From Undibacterium sp. Ji22W (lineage in GTDB: Bacteria; Pseudomonadota; Gammaproteobacteria; Burkholderiales; Burkholderiaceae_D): a stretch of DNA of 40,000 nucleotides. Below the pieces are notes generated by a model that was not told the DNA's origin, did not search any database, and saw nothing but the letters and a program-made list of their open reading frames with translations. The translations under genes and the position numbers were made by a program. This document shows, in pieces, positions 9,710-18,930 of this stretch; within the stretch, counting starts at the first letter, position 1, and every line of letters begins with the position of its first letter. Location of the stretch: positions 631,511 to 671,510 of the forward strand of contig NZ_JBMPOU010000001.1 of NCBI RefSeq assembly GCF_049340305.1, written 5' to 3'.

Positions 9710-10889
9710 AAACGACTAAATCGACTTGCTGCATCGTCTTAGCTTGCCCATCTTCGGTCAGCCACAGACCCGTTGAACGTATTTGTCCATCGCTATGGTT
9801 ATTGCCGCTTTTGAGTTCAAACGGCGTTTCTACTTGCCCAAGAAACAGTGCGCCGACATTGGCTTGTTTAAGTGATTGCAATTGATCTTTGCCGGCCGCG
9901 TCTTTGGTCCAGACTTTCAGTTTGCTATAAATCGCATCGTTCTCATCTATCCAATGATTGCCATCACTGTCATACGCGGCTAATTCAGAAAACCCATTGC
10001 CTGTGCCGGGTCCAAACAATTCAGTGCCATCATTGATTTTGCCATCACTATTTTTATCAAAAGCCAAAAAACCTGCGCCTTTTACAAAAGAAATTGAATC
10101 TTTTTTGCCGTCTGCATTCAAATCAAATTCAAATTTTTGTGACGTTAATTGCGCACTATTGCCTGAAAAATTTAAGGTGAGCGGATCAACTTTCTTGCCA
10201 TCGCCTTTGCGAATTTGCGTTTGACTCTCTTCGTGATAACTACGATTTAATGCGAAGCTTAGATCAAATTTAATCTGTTTATTGTCGGCTGTGGTGATTG
10301 TGCCGTTCGCCTGAAACTTCGTCTGCTCCGTTTCTGTGTAGCTATGATGCACATCAATTTCTACACCCCAACCAGCATTCGGGCGAGGATTTTTTGGCGC
10401 GACCTCCACTGAGTTTTGCGTTGCTGTATTTGGTGTCGTAGTTGGTCGAGGTGCGCTAACATTGGTGGCCGAATTGTCTTGCAGATCACTTGACTTGAGC
10501 GAGTCAATTTTACGTCCGGTTAACAGCTCAATCAAATAGCGAATTACCATCATACGCGGATCATTATCAACATCATCTTGAATACGATCAACCGCACTTG
10601 CTGCATCCGCGGCATTAGCCGCATCGCTGCTTCTTGCTTGCGCTTGTGCTTGCAATGCAGCGTCAGATAATTGGACTAGGTCGAAGGGAAGTAAAGACCG
10701 AGCCTCACGCGACATATCAGCACTTTTGGTTTGACCAACAGCCGCGCCAGCATCACGCAGCCGCGCTTCCATGCCTTCAAAATCAGGACGTTGACTACCC
10801 ACCCATGCACGCGTTTTTTCCTGGGTTTCTAATTTCTGTGTGGCGACATAACTGGCCTGCAGTTGTATATCTGAACTTGCGATTTTCAT
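9708..10889 (-). CDS. Hypothetical protein with EF-hand-like DxDxDG calcium-binding motifs
   Basis: 393-aa ORF. The C-terminal half carries DLNADGKKD, DKNSDGKINDGTELFG and DSDGNHWIDENDAIY. I recognise no signal peptide and cannot name the family. Confidence 0.6.
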   Translation of the reverse strand: MKIASSDIQLQASYVATQKLETQEKTRAWVGSQRPDFEGMEARLRDAGAAVGQTKSADMSREARSLLPFDLVQLSDAALQAQAQARSSDAANAADAASAVDRIQDDVDNDPRMMVIRYLIELLTGRKIDSLKSSDLQDNSATNVSAPRPTTTPNTATQNSVEVAPKNPRPNAGWGVEIDVHHSYTETEQTKFQANGTITTADNKQIKFDLSFALNRSYHEESQTQIRKGDGKKVDPLTLNFSGNSAQLTSQKFEFDLNADGKKDSISFVKGAGFLAFDKNSDGKINDGTELFGPGTGNGFSELAAYDSDGNHWIDENDAIYSKLKVWTKDAAGKDQLQSLKQANVGALFLGQVETPFELKSGNNHSDGQIRSTGLWLTEDGQAKTMQQVDLVV

Positions 10890-11463
10890 TTGTGTATCCC
10901 ATCAAAATGGCACATCGTCATACTCACGATTTTTCATCATTATTTCTATAAAAGTATCCGCATCATTCGATGCGAATGGAGCATGAAGCTATGCGTAAAA
11001 ATCGGCTGGCAAGTACATTGTTAAACATCGTCTTACGTCTTTTTTAGCGCGCAGAGACCACTTGGATGATGCGGAAACGCAGAGAACGTCGGTATGTGTG
11101 TGAACTGATTAGGCTGAACTGAATTAGGCCGAACTAAATTAGGCATTAATGAGCGACAAACATCACTCAAAGACAACAGACAAAATCAGCAAAAAAATAC
11201 CAAGCTATTCCCAGTGTAAACCGCAACCATTCCGATCAGAATGCCAGTCAGTATGGATCAAAATTTTTTGAAAAATGCTTTGCGAGAGTACTTAAAAAAG
11301 TTTGCTCGCCATGATGGGTATCGGTCGATTTTATGAAAGCTTGAAATTTCACTTAGACAGAAAGATGTTAAGGGGATGCAAAAATGGATGGTTTCCTATC
11401 AGTTTCATTTTAGGTAAAACAATGTACTTGTGAGCCATAAATACGCATCGTCGAATATTTTCC

Positions 11464-11492
11464 TTGACAATAGACGACTGGTCTAATATTGT
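11464..11492 (+). promoter_or_regulatory. Putative nemR promoter (TTGACA-17-TATTGT) with an embedded operator palindrome TAGACGACTGGTCTA (11471-11485)
   Basis: A consensus -35 and a plausible -10 at 17-nt spacing. The TAGAC/GTCTA inverted repeat lies in the spacer, and the same motif recurs upstream of nemA. Confidence 0.5.
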
Positions 11493-11498
11493 ATTGCC

Positions 11499-12116
11499 AT
11501 GCAAACCTCAAACTCTACTCATTCCACCCAGCACGACACTCGTGAGCGCATTTTGGCGACCGGTCAGTCGTTGATTTTGGGAAAAGGTTTTTCCGCATTG
11601 GGTTTGAGTGAAATTTTGGGTGCGGCAGCGGTGCCTAAGGGCTCTTTTTATCATTACTTCCAATCCAAAGAAGGATTTGGGGTGGCAATGTTGGAGCGGT
11701 ATTTTGCCGACTATCAGCCGCGCCTGCAGGAGCTTTTGTTGGAAGGTGACTTGCCAGCACGCGAGCGTGTGATCCGATATTTCGCGAGTTGGCAACAGAA
11801 GGCCGAGCAATCCGCTTGTCAGACGTTATGTCTGGCGGTGAAGTTGGCGGCTGAAGTTTCTGATTTGTCCGAGCCAATGCGCTTGTCTTTGACGGTAGGG
11901 ATGCAGGGTATTACTCGCAAGCTGGCAGAGGCCTTGCGGCAAGTGCAGCTAGACGGTGATTTATCCGCGGATTGCAATATTGATGAGTTAGCAGAATTTT
12001 TGTATGCCACTTGGGTTGGGGCGTCTTTATTAAGCAAGGTGAATTTGCATTTGCGGCCATTGGACATCGCGATGCAACAGACTAAGACTTTGCTGCAACC
12101 GACTAACGCGAGGTAA
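11499..12116 (+). CDS. nemR: TetR-family repressor, NemR-like
   Basis: Recalled similarity to E. coli NemR: HDTRERILATG, VPKGSFYHYFQSKEGFGVAMLERYF, KLAAEVSDLSEPMR. It lies upstream of nemA, as in E. coli. Confidence 0.75.
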   Translation: MQTSNSTHSTQHDTRERILATGQSLILGKGFSALGLSEILGAAAVPKGSFYHYFQSKEGFGVAMLERYFADYQPRLQELLLEGDLPARERVIRYFASWQQKAEQSACQTLCLAVKLAAEVSDLSEPMRLSLTVGMQGITRKLAEALRQVQLDGDLSADCNIDELAEFLYATWVGASLLSKVNLHLRPLDIAMQQTKTLLQPTNAR

Positions 12117-12252
12117 GTGTGATGATTCGGGATAAAGTTGGTGAATGATAAGTTGCAAATGTGTTGAAACGCTCTAAAGCAGCAGAGTAAAAATAAGCGG
12201 TAAAGAGCGGAAATACTCGATAGGCATACGCCTATTTTTTTGAAATACAATC

Positions 12253-12267
12253 TAGACGACCGGTCTA
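12253..12267 (+). promoter_or_regulatory. Second copy of the operator palindrome (TAGACGACCGGTCTA) upstream of nemA
   Basis: Matches the 11471-11485 motif at 14 of 15 positions, followed by the same AAT. It sits 40 nt before the nemA ATG. Confidence 0.5.
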
Positions 12268-12306
12268 ATTTATTGAGGACTGGTTTAATTCAATGAAAGA
12301 AATAGT

Positions 12307-13416
12307 ATGTTTGAACAATTATTAGCCCCTGTTAAAGTCGGTTCAACCGAATTAGCCAATCGCGTCGTGATGGCACCATTAACCCGTTCGCGTGCAGCGC
12401 AACCTGGTGATATTCCACATGCCTTAAACGTCGAATATTACGCGCAGCGCGCCAGTGCTGGTTTGATTGTCACTGAAGCAAGCCAGATTTCGCGTCAAGG
12501 TCAGGGCTATGCGTGGACGCCCGGTATCTACACTGATGCGCAAGAAGCAGGCTGGAAAACTGTGGTCGATGCTGTGCATGCAAAACAAGGAAAAATCGCG
12601 CTGCAACTGTGGCATGTGGGTCGTATTTCACATAATCTTTTGCAAGAAAATGGCGCAGCGCCAGTCTCGGCGTCGGCGATTACGGCAGAAAATTCTCAAT
12701 GCTTTGTGATTCAAGAAGATGGCACGCCAGCGAACGTGCAAACAGCACAGCCGCGCGCTCTGGAATTGGCAGAAATTCCAGGCATCGTTGAGCAATATCG
12801 TCAAGCTGCACATCGTGCAAAGCGTGTCGGTTTTGATTTTGTGGAAGTGCATGGCGCGAACGGCTATTTGTTGCAGCAATTCCTTGCTACCAATAGTAAT
12901 CAACGCGACGACATTTATGGCGGCAGTATTGAAAACCGTGCACGGTTGATGCTGGAAGCCGTGGATGCAGCGATCCGTGAAATGGGCGCAGAACGCGTTG
13001 GAGTGCGCTTATCACCTAACTTTGTGGCGCATGGCATCGCTGATGCAGAAGCAGAAGCAAGTGCATTGTATTTGGCACGTGAATTCACCAAGCGCGGCAT
13101 TGCTTATCTGCACATTGCCGAGCCAGACTGGGTAGGCGGCGCTGAAATGAGTGCGGAATTTCGTCAGCAATTGCGTGCAGCATTTAGCGGCACATTAATT
13201 TGCTGTGGTGGTTATAGCGCGGAAGAAGCCAATACATTGATTGCCAGCGGATTAGCCGATGCCGTTGCCTTTGGTCGTCCTTATATTGCGAATCCGGATT
13301 TGGTCGAACGATTTGCCGCTGGCGCCGATCTCACTACACCAGATCGTACGACTTTCTATGGCGGCGCAGAGAAAGGATATACGGATTATCCCTTCATGCA
13401 GAAAACCGCAGCGTAA
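12307..13416 (+). CDS. nemA: N-ethylmaleimide reductase / alkene reductase (Old Yellow Enzyme family)
   Basis: Collinear recalled similarity to E. coli NemA: MAPLTRSRA, EYYAQRASAGLI, LQLWHVGRISH, PRALELAEIPGIV, HGANGYLLQQFL, GIAYLHIAEPDW, AFGRPYIANPDLV. Confidence 0.88.
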   Translation: MFEQLLAPVKVGSTELANRVVMAPLTRSRAAQPGDIPHALNVEYYAQRASAGLIVTEASQISRQGQGYAWTPGIYTDAQEAGWKTVVDAVHAKQGKIALQLWHVGRISHNLLQENGAAPVSASAITAENSQCFVIQEDGTPANVQTAQPRALELAEIPGIVEQYRQAAHRAKRVGFDFVEVHGANGYLLQQFLATNSNQRDDIYGGSIENRARLMLEAVDAAIREMGAERVGVRLSPNFVAHGIADAEAEASALYLAREFTKRGIAYLHIAEPDWVGGAEMSAEFRQQLRAAFSGTLICCGGYSAEEANTLIASGLADAVAFGRPYIANPDLVERFAAGADLTTPDRTTFYGGAEKGYTDYPFMQKTAA

Positions 13417-13594
13417 TAAGGCGGAGTAATTGCGGGGAGTAATAAGCTAGGGTCAGTGAGCTTAGCTATTTTCAGATTGTTTATTGGAATTTTTTGATTG
13501 CTGCTGTTTCGCTTGTTGAATTTGACATCGCGAACACAGCACAATCAATGAGATGTGTAGAATACGATTTTCAGTAACTCTACTTTTAATCCTC

Positions 13595-14221
13595 ATGTTA
13601 ACCATCTTCGGTAAATCTAGCTCAATTAATGTGCGCAAAGTCTTATGGACTTGTGTTGAAATTGGTATCCCATTTGAATTAACTGAGGTCGGTTCGGGCA
13701 CATCAAATCCGGCAACAACGCCAGAATTCATGGCGCTTAATCCAAACGCGATGGTGCCGGTGATTCAACATGAAGGCCAGACCTTGTGGGAATCAAATTC
13801 CATTTGCCGTTATCTGGCAACCCGTTTTGAACGGTGTGATTTGTTGCCACAAGAAGCGATGGCGCGGGCACAAATAGAGAAATGGATGGATTGGCAGGCC
13901 ACAGAATTAAATAATTCCTGGCGCTATGCCTTCATGGCCACCGTGCGCAAAAGCCCAGCGCATAGCGATGTAGCTGCACTAGAGCATGGTGTGCGTGAAT
14001 GGAATCGCCATATGCAAATTTTAGATCAGCAATTGCAAGGCACGGATGCCTATGTGAATGGTGCTGAGTTCTCTCTGGCTGATATCGTGCTGGGTCTGTC
14101 ACTCAATCGCTGGCGTTCCGCACCAATTGCACATGCAGATTTACCTGCGCTCGCAAGGTATTTCGGTCGCTTGTGTGAGCGTCCGGGATTTTTGCAATAT
14201 GGCGCGAATGGTATTCCCTAA
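13595..14221 (+). CDS. gstB: Glutathione S-transferase, GstB-like
   Basis: From the ATG at 13595, MLTIFGKSSSINVRKVLW parallels the E. coli GstB N-terminus (MITLWGRNNSTNVKKVLL). Later matches include LWESNSICRYLA and EKWMDWQ. The ORF-track start at 13553 adds 14 hydrophobic aa that GSTs are not expected to have. Confidence 0.8.
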   Translation: MLTIFGKSSSINVRKVLWTCVEIGIPFELTEVGSGTSNPATTPEFMALNPNAMVPVIQHEGQTLWESNSICRYLATRFERCDLLPQEAMARAQIEKWMDWQATELNNSWRYAFMATVRKSPAHSDVAALEHGVREWNRHMQILDQQLQGTDAYVNGAEFSLADIVLGLSLNRWRSAPIAHADLPALARYFGRLCERPGFLQYGANGIP

Positions 14222-14335
14222 ATTTATTTGAATATTCTGACGATCTTTTAGTTTGATTGTGAAAGTGAATGCGGCAAATGCGCAAATTTGCGGGATAATT
14301 CGTGCCTTATTCATTCGCTTCAATAAATAAATATT

Positions 14336-14992
14336 ATGAGCTTCGCTACTTGGTTTTCTTTTTTCTGTGCTGCCTGCCTGATCGCTATCTCCCCCGGTTC
14401 TGGGGCGATTTTGTCGATGTCCCATGGACTGGCTTATGGTGTGAAGCGTGCTAGTGTGACGATATTGGGATTGCAGTTTGGCTTGCTTTTAGTCTTAATT
14501 GTCGCTGGTGCAGGCGTTGGTTCTTTATTGCTCGCATCTGAAACTGCATTTAGCATCGTCAAAGTATTAGGTGCCTTGTATTTGATTTATCTGGGAGTCA
14601 CACAATTTTTCAGTAAGCCCCAGACGAGCTCAAATATGTCCGCAGTAGGCACTCAGGATACTGCGCAGGTACCGAGTTTTCGCCGCCGCGTCCTCACAGG
14701 TTTTTTGACGAACGCCAGCAATCCTAAAGGGATTGTTTTTATGGTCGCGGTTTTGCCTAACTTCATTAATAGTCATGCCGCTTTGCTGCCCCAGTTGATT
14801 ATTCTCGCTGTGACCATGGTGGTGGTAGACGCCAGCGTAATGCATAGTTATGCTTTATTGGCATCATCATTGCAAAATCTAATGCGCGACGTCAAAGCGC
14901 AGCGTATTCAAAATCGACTGTTTGGTGCGGTCTTGATGTTGGTCGGTGCGAGTTTATTTTTCGTTAAGCGTGAAACTAGCGTTGTAAATTGA
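14336..14992 (+). CDS. LysE/RhtB-family amino-acid exporter
   Basis: 218 aa and polytopic, with an N-terminus typical of the family (FFCAACLIAISPGSGAILSMSHGLAYG) and the NPKGIVF motif. Confidence 0.8.
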   Translation: MSFATWFSFFCAACLIAISPGSGAILSMSHGLAYGVKRASVTILGLQFGLLLVLIVAGAGVGSLLLASETAFSIVKVLGALYLIYLGVTQFFSKPQTSSNMSAVGTQDTAQVPSFRRRVLTGFLTNASNPKGIVFMVAVLPNFINSHAALLPQLIILAVTMVVVDASVMHSYALLASSLQNLMRDVKAQRIQNRLFGAVLMLVGASLFFVKRETSVVN

Positions 14993-15145
14993 ATCGCGAA
15001 GCGAGTTACTGTGCCATTTCCAGTCTTATTTGACCTATGTAGCAAGGCAACAGCGATCCATGCAACACACTACATAAGAAAACCAGTGAAAAACAGAAAA
15101 TCTGGGATAATGAAGATTCATTGTTTCTTATGAATATCAATTTGC

Positions 15146-17161
15146 ATGCGTTTTGATTCTACTCCCGAAGAACCTCAAGTAATGAGCGATGATGCTGTGG
15201 CAAATCGCCGATTGATGGGTGGTATTCTGGTATCACTGATCGCACATGCACTAATCTTATCTTTGCAATTTGGTATCCCTGGTCTCGATCTTCCAAGTCT
15301 CGAAGTCCCATGGAAAGAGCGACGTACGCCGGTGCAAACGCTGCAGGTAGAAATTGCCAGTCCAGCCCCAAAAGCGGCGCCGGTGCCACCGACGCCGGCA
15401 GTGACGACGCCCGAGCTGTTTAAATTGCCTACTCCCATTTTACCTGCGCCCATTCCTAAGATGACAGCGCCACCGACCGGTTTGCAAGTGTTAGCTATGC
15501 AATCGAAACCGGAACCAGTCCCGCCTGAGAAGAAACCGGCCAAATCGGTTAAGAGTAAGCCAGTACCACCGCTGCCGATCGAAAAGCGTGTGCCACCGCC
15601 GTCTGAATCACCGACGCGTATCATCGCGCAAGATAAGATCAAGAATGATGATTTTGTTGTGCCCTTAACCAGCGAAGAGGATTTAGAGCGGCACACACAA
15701 GATAAGAAAGAAACGAAGCAAAAGCTGGAAGCTATTCCTGAAGATGCGATTATCGATAAAAATGCCGAAGCAGACCTGATTGCCGAACAAAAACGTCAAG
15801 AAGAGCTGAAACAAAAAAAGATAGCGCAGGAAAAAGTCTTAGCTGAGCAAAAACAGCAAGAAGCAGAGCGCTTGCAACAAATCGCGAAAGCGAATGAAGA
15901 AAAACAAAAGCAGCAAGAGGCTGAACGTTTGCAGCAGATTCAGCAAACCAACGATTTGAAGCGTCAACAGGCTGAACAATTGGCACAACAAAAAATTCTC
16001 GCGCAACAGAAAGCAGTATTCGAGCAGAAACAACGTGAACAAGCGTTAGAAGAAGCCATGCGGGAGGCAAAACGCCAAGAATTATTGACGCAAGAAACCT
16101 TAAAGCAAGAAGAACAAAGTCGTCAGGCGGAGCAGAAACGATTGCGTCAATTGGCGCAAGAACAAGAGCAGCAAAAACAAGAAGCGCAGGCACAAGCACA
16201 ATTGCGTCAGAAATTGGCGGAAGAGCAGGCAGAGAAAAAGCGCGCCTTAGAAATCGCTGAACGTCAGCGCCAAGAAGATTTGGAAGCGAAGCGGGTGGAA
16301 GCTCAGCGTCAGTTGCAAATTGCAGAGCAAAAAGCGGCGGAACAAAAACAGTTAGAACAAAGACTGTTGGAGCAAAAAATCGCTGAACAAAAAATAGCGG
16401 AACAACGCGCATTTGAACAAAAAATCGCACAACAAAAGTTAGCTGAACAAAAGCTGGCAGAGCAAAAGTTAGCTGAACAAAAATTAGCTGAACAAAAAGC
16501 GCAGGAACAAAAATTAGCTGAGCAAAAAGCCCTGGCCGATGCTGCACGTGCTAATGCGGAACGCGAAGCCGCGATAGCCGCATCGCGCCAAACTGGCGCA
16601 TCCAATCGTAGTGATGTCAATGGTGATGGTAAGGGCGGTACTGGTAGTTCAAGCAATGCCAATAGTAGCGGTGCACTCACACAGAACTTGGGCAAGGGCG
16701 ATCTCGCCAGTCGTTTGCGCGAGCAGGCGCGCAATACTGATTTATTGAAATCGACACCGTCGAATAGTAAATTAGCCGACGAAAAGTCCGCGCGCAGACG
16801 TAGTTTCCTTGGTGCCTATGATAAAGAAGTTCCTTTGCGCATGTATGTCGATAGCTTGAAGCACAAACTCGAACGCAATGGCAATTTAATTTACGAACGT
16901 CGTACTTTAAGCGAGGTTGAACATAATGTGCAGATCAATATGGTGGTGCGCAGCGATGGCAGCATTGAAGAAGTGACGATCATGCGCAGTAGTGGCTCGC
17001 GTGCGATTGATGAGAAAGCCCGCAATATTATTATGGCCAATTCGCCATATTCAGCGTTCCCGCCCGCCTTGGCATTGAAATACGATGTGATCGAGGTGCA
17101 GCGAGTCTGGAGTTTCGGTGATAAATTGCGCATTCTAGATAACTTGCCATCGGCATTTTAG
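15146..17161 (+). CDS. TonB-family protein: TM anchor, Pro-rich spacer, about 290-aa E/Q/K/A coiled coil, and a TonB C-terminal domain
   Basis: TM segment GGILVSLIAHALILSL and a Pro-rich region (PAPKAAPVPPTPAVTTP...). The C-terminus is of TonB_C type (VQINMVVRSDGSIEEVTIMRSSGSRAIDEKARNIIMANSPYSAFPP). The start is uncertain: 15146 or the ATG at 15182. Confidence 0.7.
   Translation: MRFDSTPEEPQVMSDDAVANRRLMGGILVSLIAHALILSLQFGIPGLDLPSLEVPWKERRTPVQTLQVEIASPAPKAAPVPPTPAVTTPELFKLPTPILPAPIPKMTAPPTGLQVLAMQSKPEPVPPEKKPAKSVKSKPVPPLPIEKRVPPPSESPTRIIAQDKIKNDDFVVPLTSEEDLERHTQDKKETKQKLEAIPEDAIIDKNAEADLIAEQKRQEELKQKKIAQEKVLAEQKQQEAERLQQIAKANEEKQKQQEAERLQQIQQTNDLKRQQAEQLAQQKILAQQKAVFEQKQREQALEEAMREAKRQELLTQETLKQEEQSRQAEQKRLRQLAQEQEQQKQEAQAQAQLRQKLAEEQAEKKRALEIAERQRQEDLEAKRVEAQRQLQIAEQKAAEQKQLEQRLLEQKIAEQKIAEQRAFEQKIAQQKLAEQKLAEQKLAEQKLAEQKAQEQKLAEQKALADAARANAEREAAIAASRQTGASNRSDVNGDGKGGTGSSSNANSSGALTQNLGKGDLASRLREQARNTDLLKSTPSNSKLADEKSARRRSFLGAYDKEVPLRMYVDSLKHKLERNGNLIYERRTLSEVEHNVQINMVVRSDGSIEEVTIMRSSGSRAIDEKARNIIMANSPYSAFPPALALKYDVIEVQRVWSFGDKLRILDNLPSAF
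16318..16530 (+). repeat. 15-bp periodic coding repeat giving about 14 pentads of (L/I)AEQK
   Basis: Units such as TTAGCTGAACAAAAA / CTGGCAGAGCAAAAG recur in tandem. The protein reads IAEQKIAEQRAFEQKIAQQKLAEQKLAEQKLAEQKLAEQKAQEQKLAEQK. Confidence 0.8.
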
Positions 17162-17200
17162 GTGCGACAACTGCGTACGGAAATTAAGAACGGAAATAGC

Positions 17201-18100
17201 ATGCATATTTTAATTACTGGTGGAACCGGTCTGATTGGACGTCGCTTGTGTGCAGCGTTCACAGCGCGTGGCGATCAGGTGACTGTATTGAGCCGTCGTC
17301 CGCATTTGGTCGCCGGTCTATGTGGCGCAGATGTGCGTGCTTTGGCAAGTTTGGATGATTGGCAGCCTGATCAGCATTTCGACGCGGTGATTAATTTGGC
17401 GGGTGAGCCGATTATTGACAAAGCTTGGAGTGAATCGCGTAAGCAAGTTTTACTAGATAGCCGGGTTGCTCTGACGCATAAACTCATAGAGAAAATACGT
17501 CAAGCCTCGATTAAGCCGCAAGTACTGCTCAGTGGCTCGGCCATCGGCTATTACGGCATTCATCCAGAAGAAGTTTTATACGAAGATGCGCAGGCTGGGA
17601 ATGACTTTTCTGCGACGCTTTGCGAGCAGTGGGAACAAGCGGCTGCGCCTGCAAAAGATCTAGGCTTACGCCTTGTGTACCTGAGAACAGGTTTGGTCCT
17701 GGACGAAGCGGGTGGCGTGCTGAAGAAGATGTTACTGCCTTTCCAATTGGGAATGGGCAGCCGTTTAGGCAATGGCAAGCAATGGATGAGTTGGATACAT
17801 CGTCAAGATTATCTGCGCGCGGTGTTACGCCTGTTAGATGATGAACAAGCGCATGGTGCCTTCAATTTGACTGCACCTATGGTCGTCACGAATACCGAAT
17901 TTACACAAATATTGGCGCATACTTTGCATCGTCCCGCATTGTTGATGACGCCAGCCTTTGTGTTGAATTTGGTGTTAGGCGAGCGCTCGGATTTGCTCTT
18001 GGGCGGACAAAAGGTGTTACCAAAAGCCTTGCTGGCCAGAGGATTTCAATTTGATTTTTCTGATTTGTCTTCTGCATTAATCAATTTGCTCAAGAAGTAA
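17201..18100 (+). CDS. yfcH: TIGR01777/YfcH-family epimerase-like SDR protein
   Basis: From the ATG at 17201, MHILITGGTGLIGRRL parallels E. coli YfcH (MNIFLTGGTGLIGRHL). Later matches include INLAGEPI, LRTGLVL, GNGKQWMSWIH and LLGGQKVLPKAL. The ORF-track GTG at 17162 abuts the upstream stop and is less likely. Confidence 0.85.
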   Translation: MHILITGGTGLIGRRLCAAFTARGDQVTVLSRRPHLVAGLCGADVRALASLDDWQPDQHFDAVINLAGEPIIDKAWSESRKQVLLDSRVALTHKLIEKIRQASIKPQVLLSGSAIGYYGIHPEEVLYEDAQAGNDFSATLCEQWEQAAAPAKDLGLRLVYLRTGLVLDEAGGVLKKMLLPFQLGMGSRLGNGKQWMSWIHRQDYLRAVLRLLDDEQAHGAFNLTAPMVVTNTEFTQILAHTLHRPALLMTPAFVLNLVLGERSDLLLGGQKVLPKALLARGFQFDFSDLSSALINLLKK

Positions 18101-18122
18101 AGTTCGAGCAAAGGCAGCGAAC

Positions 18123-18869
18123 ATGGCAGTGATTCAGCAACAGACTTCAGAACAGAATGCACCTTCGAATGTACCAGAAAATGTACGTCCGGGTGCACAT
18201 CCGGGTGCACGTCCGAGTGGGCAAGCCAAGCGGCCAATCTGTCCGCAATGCGAGCGTGCATTGCGCGCCTGTATTTGCGCTTGTGTTCGTCGTGTGGACT
18301 GCCAAACCGAAGTGCTGATTTTGCAGCATCCCGCCGAGGTGCACCATGTCAAAGGCAGCGCGCGGCTCTTACATTTATGTTTGCCAAAGAGTGCGATTGT
18401 CGTGGGCGAAGCGTTCGATGCAAATGCATTGCAGCAGCACCTAAATGCGAATGGTAAAACCAGCGTGTTACTTTATCCAGATAGCGTAGTTTTTGGCTCG
18501 ACGCTTGTTGCGAAAACGGGCTCAGTCGCTAGCGTGCCCGCTGCGTCATCACACCAACCCGGCTCAGACGCCGCGATTCGACTCGTATTGATTGACGCAA
18601 GTTGGCGCCACAGTAAACAAATGCTGTTGCAAAGTCCCTTGCTACGAGCGCTACCGCGCTACGCATTGACTGAGGTACCAGCTTCGCGCTATCAGATTCG
18701 GCAGGCACATGCTGAGGATCAACTCTCGACTTTTGAAGCTTGCACGTATGCCCTGATGCAAGTCGAATCGCACAATCAGCAAATTGGAAATTTATTGCAA
18801 GCCTTCGATGCTTTTAATGCGCTGCAGATACAGTTTGGCGTGAATAATTTATTGCGCGTAAAAAAATAG
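18123..18869 (+). CDS. tapT: DTW-domain tRNA-uridine aminocarboxypropyltransferase-like protein
   Basis: N-terminal Cys cluster CPQCERALRACICAC and a DTW-type motif LIDASWRHSKQM, with YRLR-like SRYQIRQA. The architecture matches E. coli YfiP/TapT. Confidence 0.65.
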   Translation: MAVIQQQTSEQNAPSNVPENVRPGAHPGARPSGQAKRPICPQCERALRACICACVRRVDCQTEVLILQHPAEVHHVKGSARLLHLCLPKSAIVVGEAFDANALQQHLNANGKTSVLLYPDSVVFGSTLVAKTGSVASVPAASSHQPGSDAAIRLVLIDASWRHSKQMLLQSPLLRALPRYALTEVPASRYQIRQAHAEDQLSTFEACTYALMQVESHNQQIGNLLQAFDAFNALQIQFGVNNLLRVKK

Positions 18870-18930
18870 CGCTGATCTCATTTTAGTTTGAAAAGTATCA
18901 GCGCCATTTGGACTTTCTATCCGTATCGTC

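Noticed and set aside
11014-11024. An isolated GTTAAAC in the 10.9-11.5 kb intergenic region, and the GTTGGAC at 28983-28989, as extra attC cores.
   Set aside because: A 7-mer occurs by chance, and no partner R'' or palindromic arms lie nearby. The 28983 site falls in the loop of attC 7.
15750-16734. Minus-strand ORFs of 265 and 141 aa within the TonB-like gene.
   Set aside because: They are generated by the repetitive GAACAAAAA-type coding repeats. The products are monotonous F/L/C/A strings.
18183-18225. Short tandem CCGGGTGCACRT repeat at the 5' end of the DTW gene (PGAHPGARP).
   Set aside because: Only two imperfect units in a non-conserved N-terminal tail. This is too little to argue for any function.
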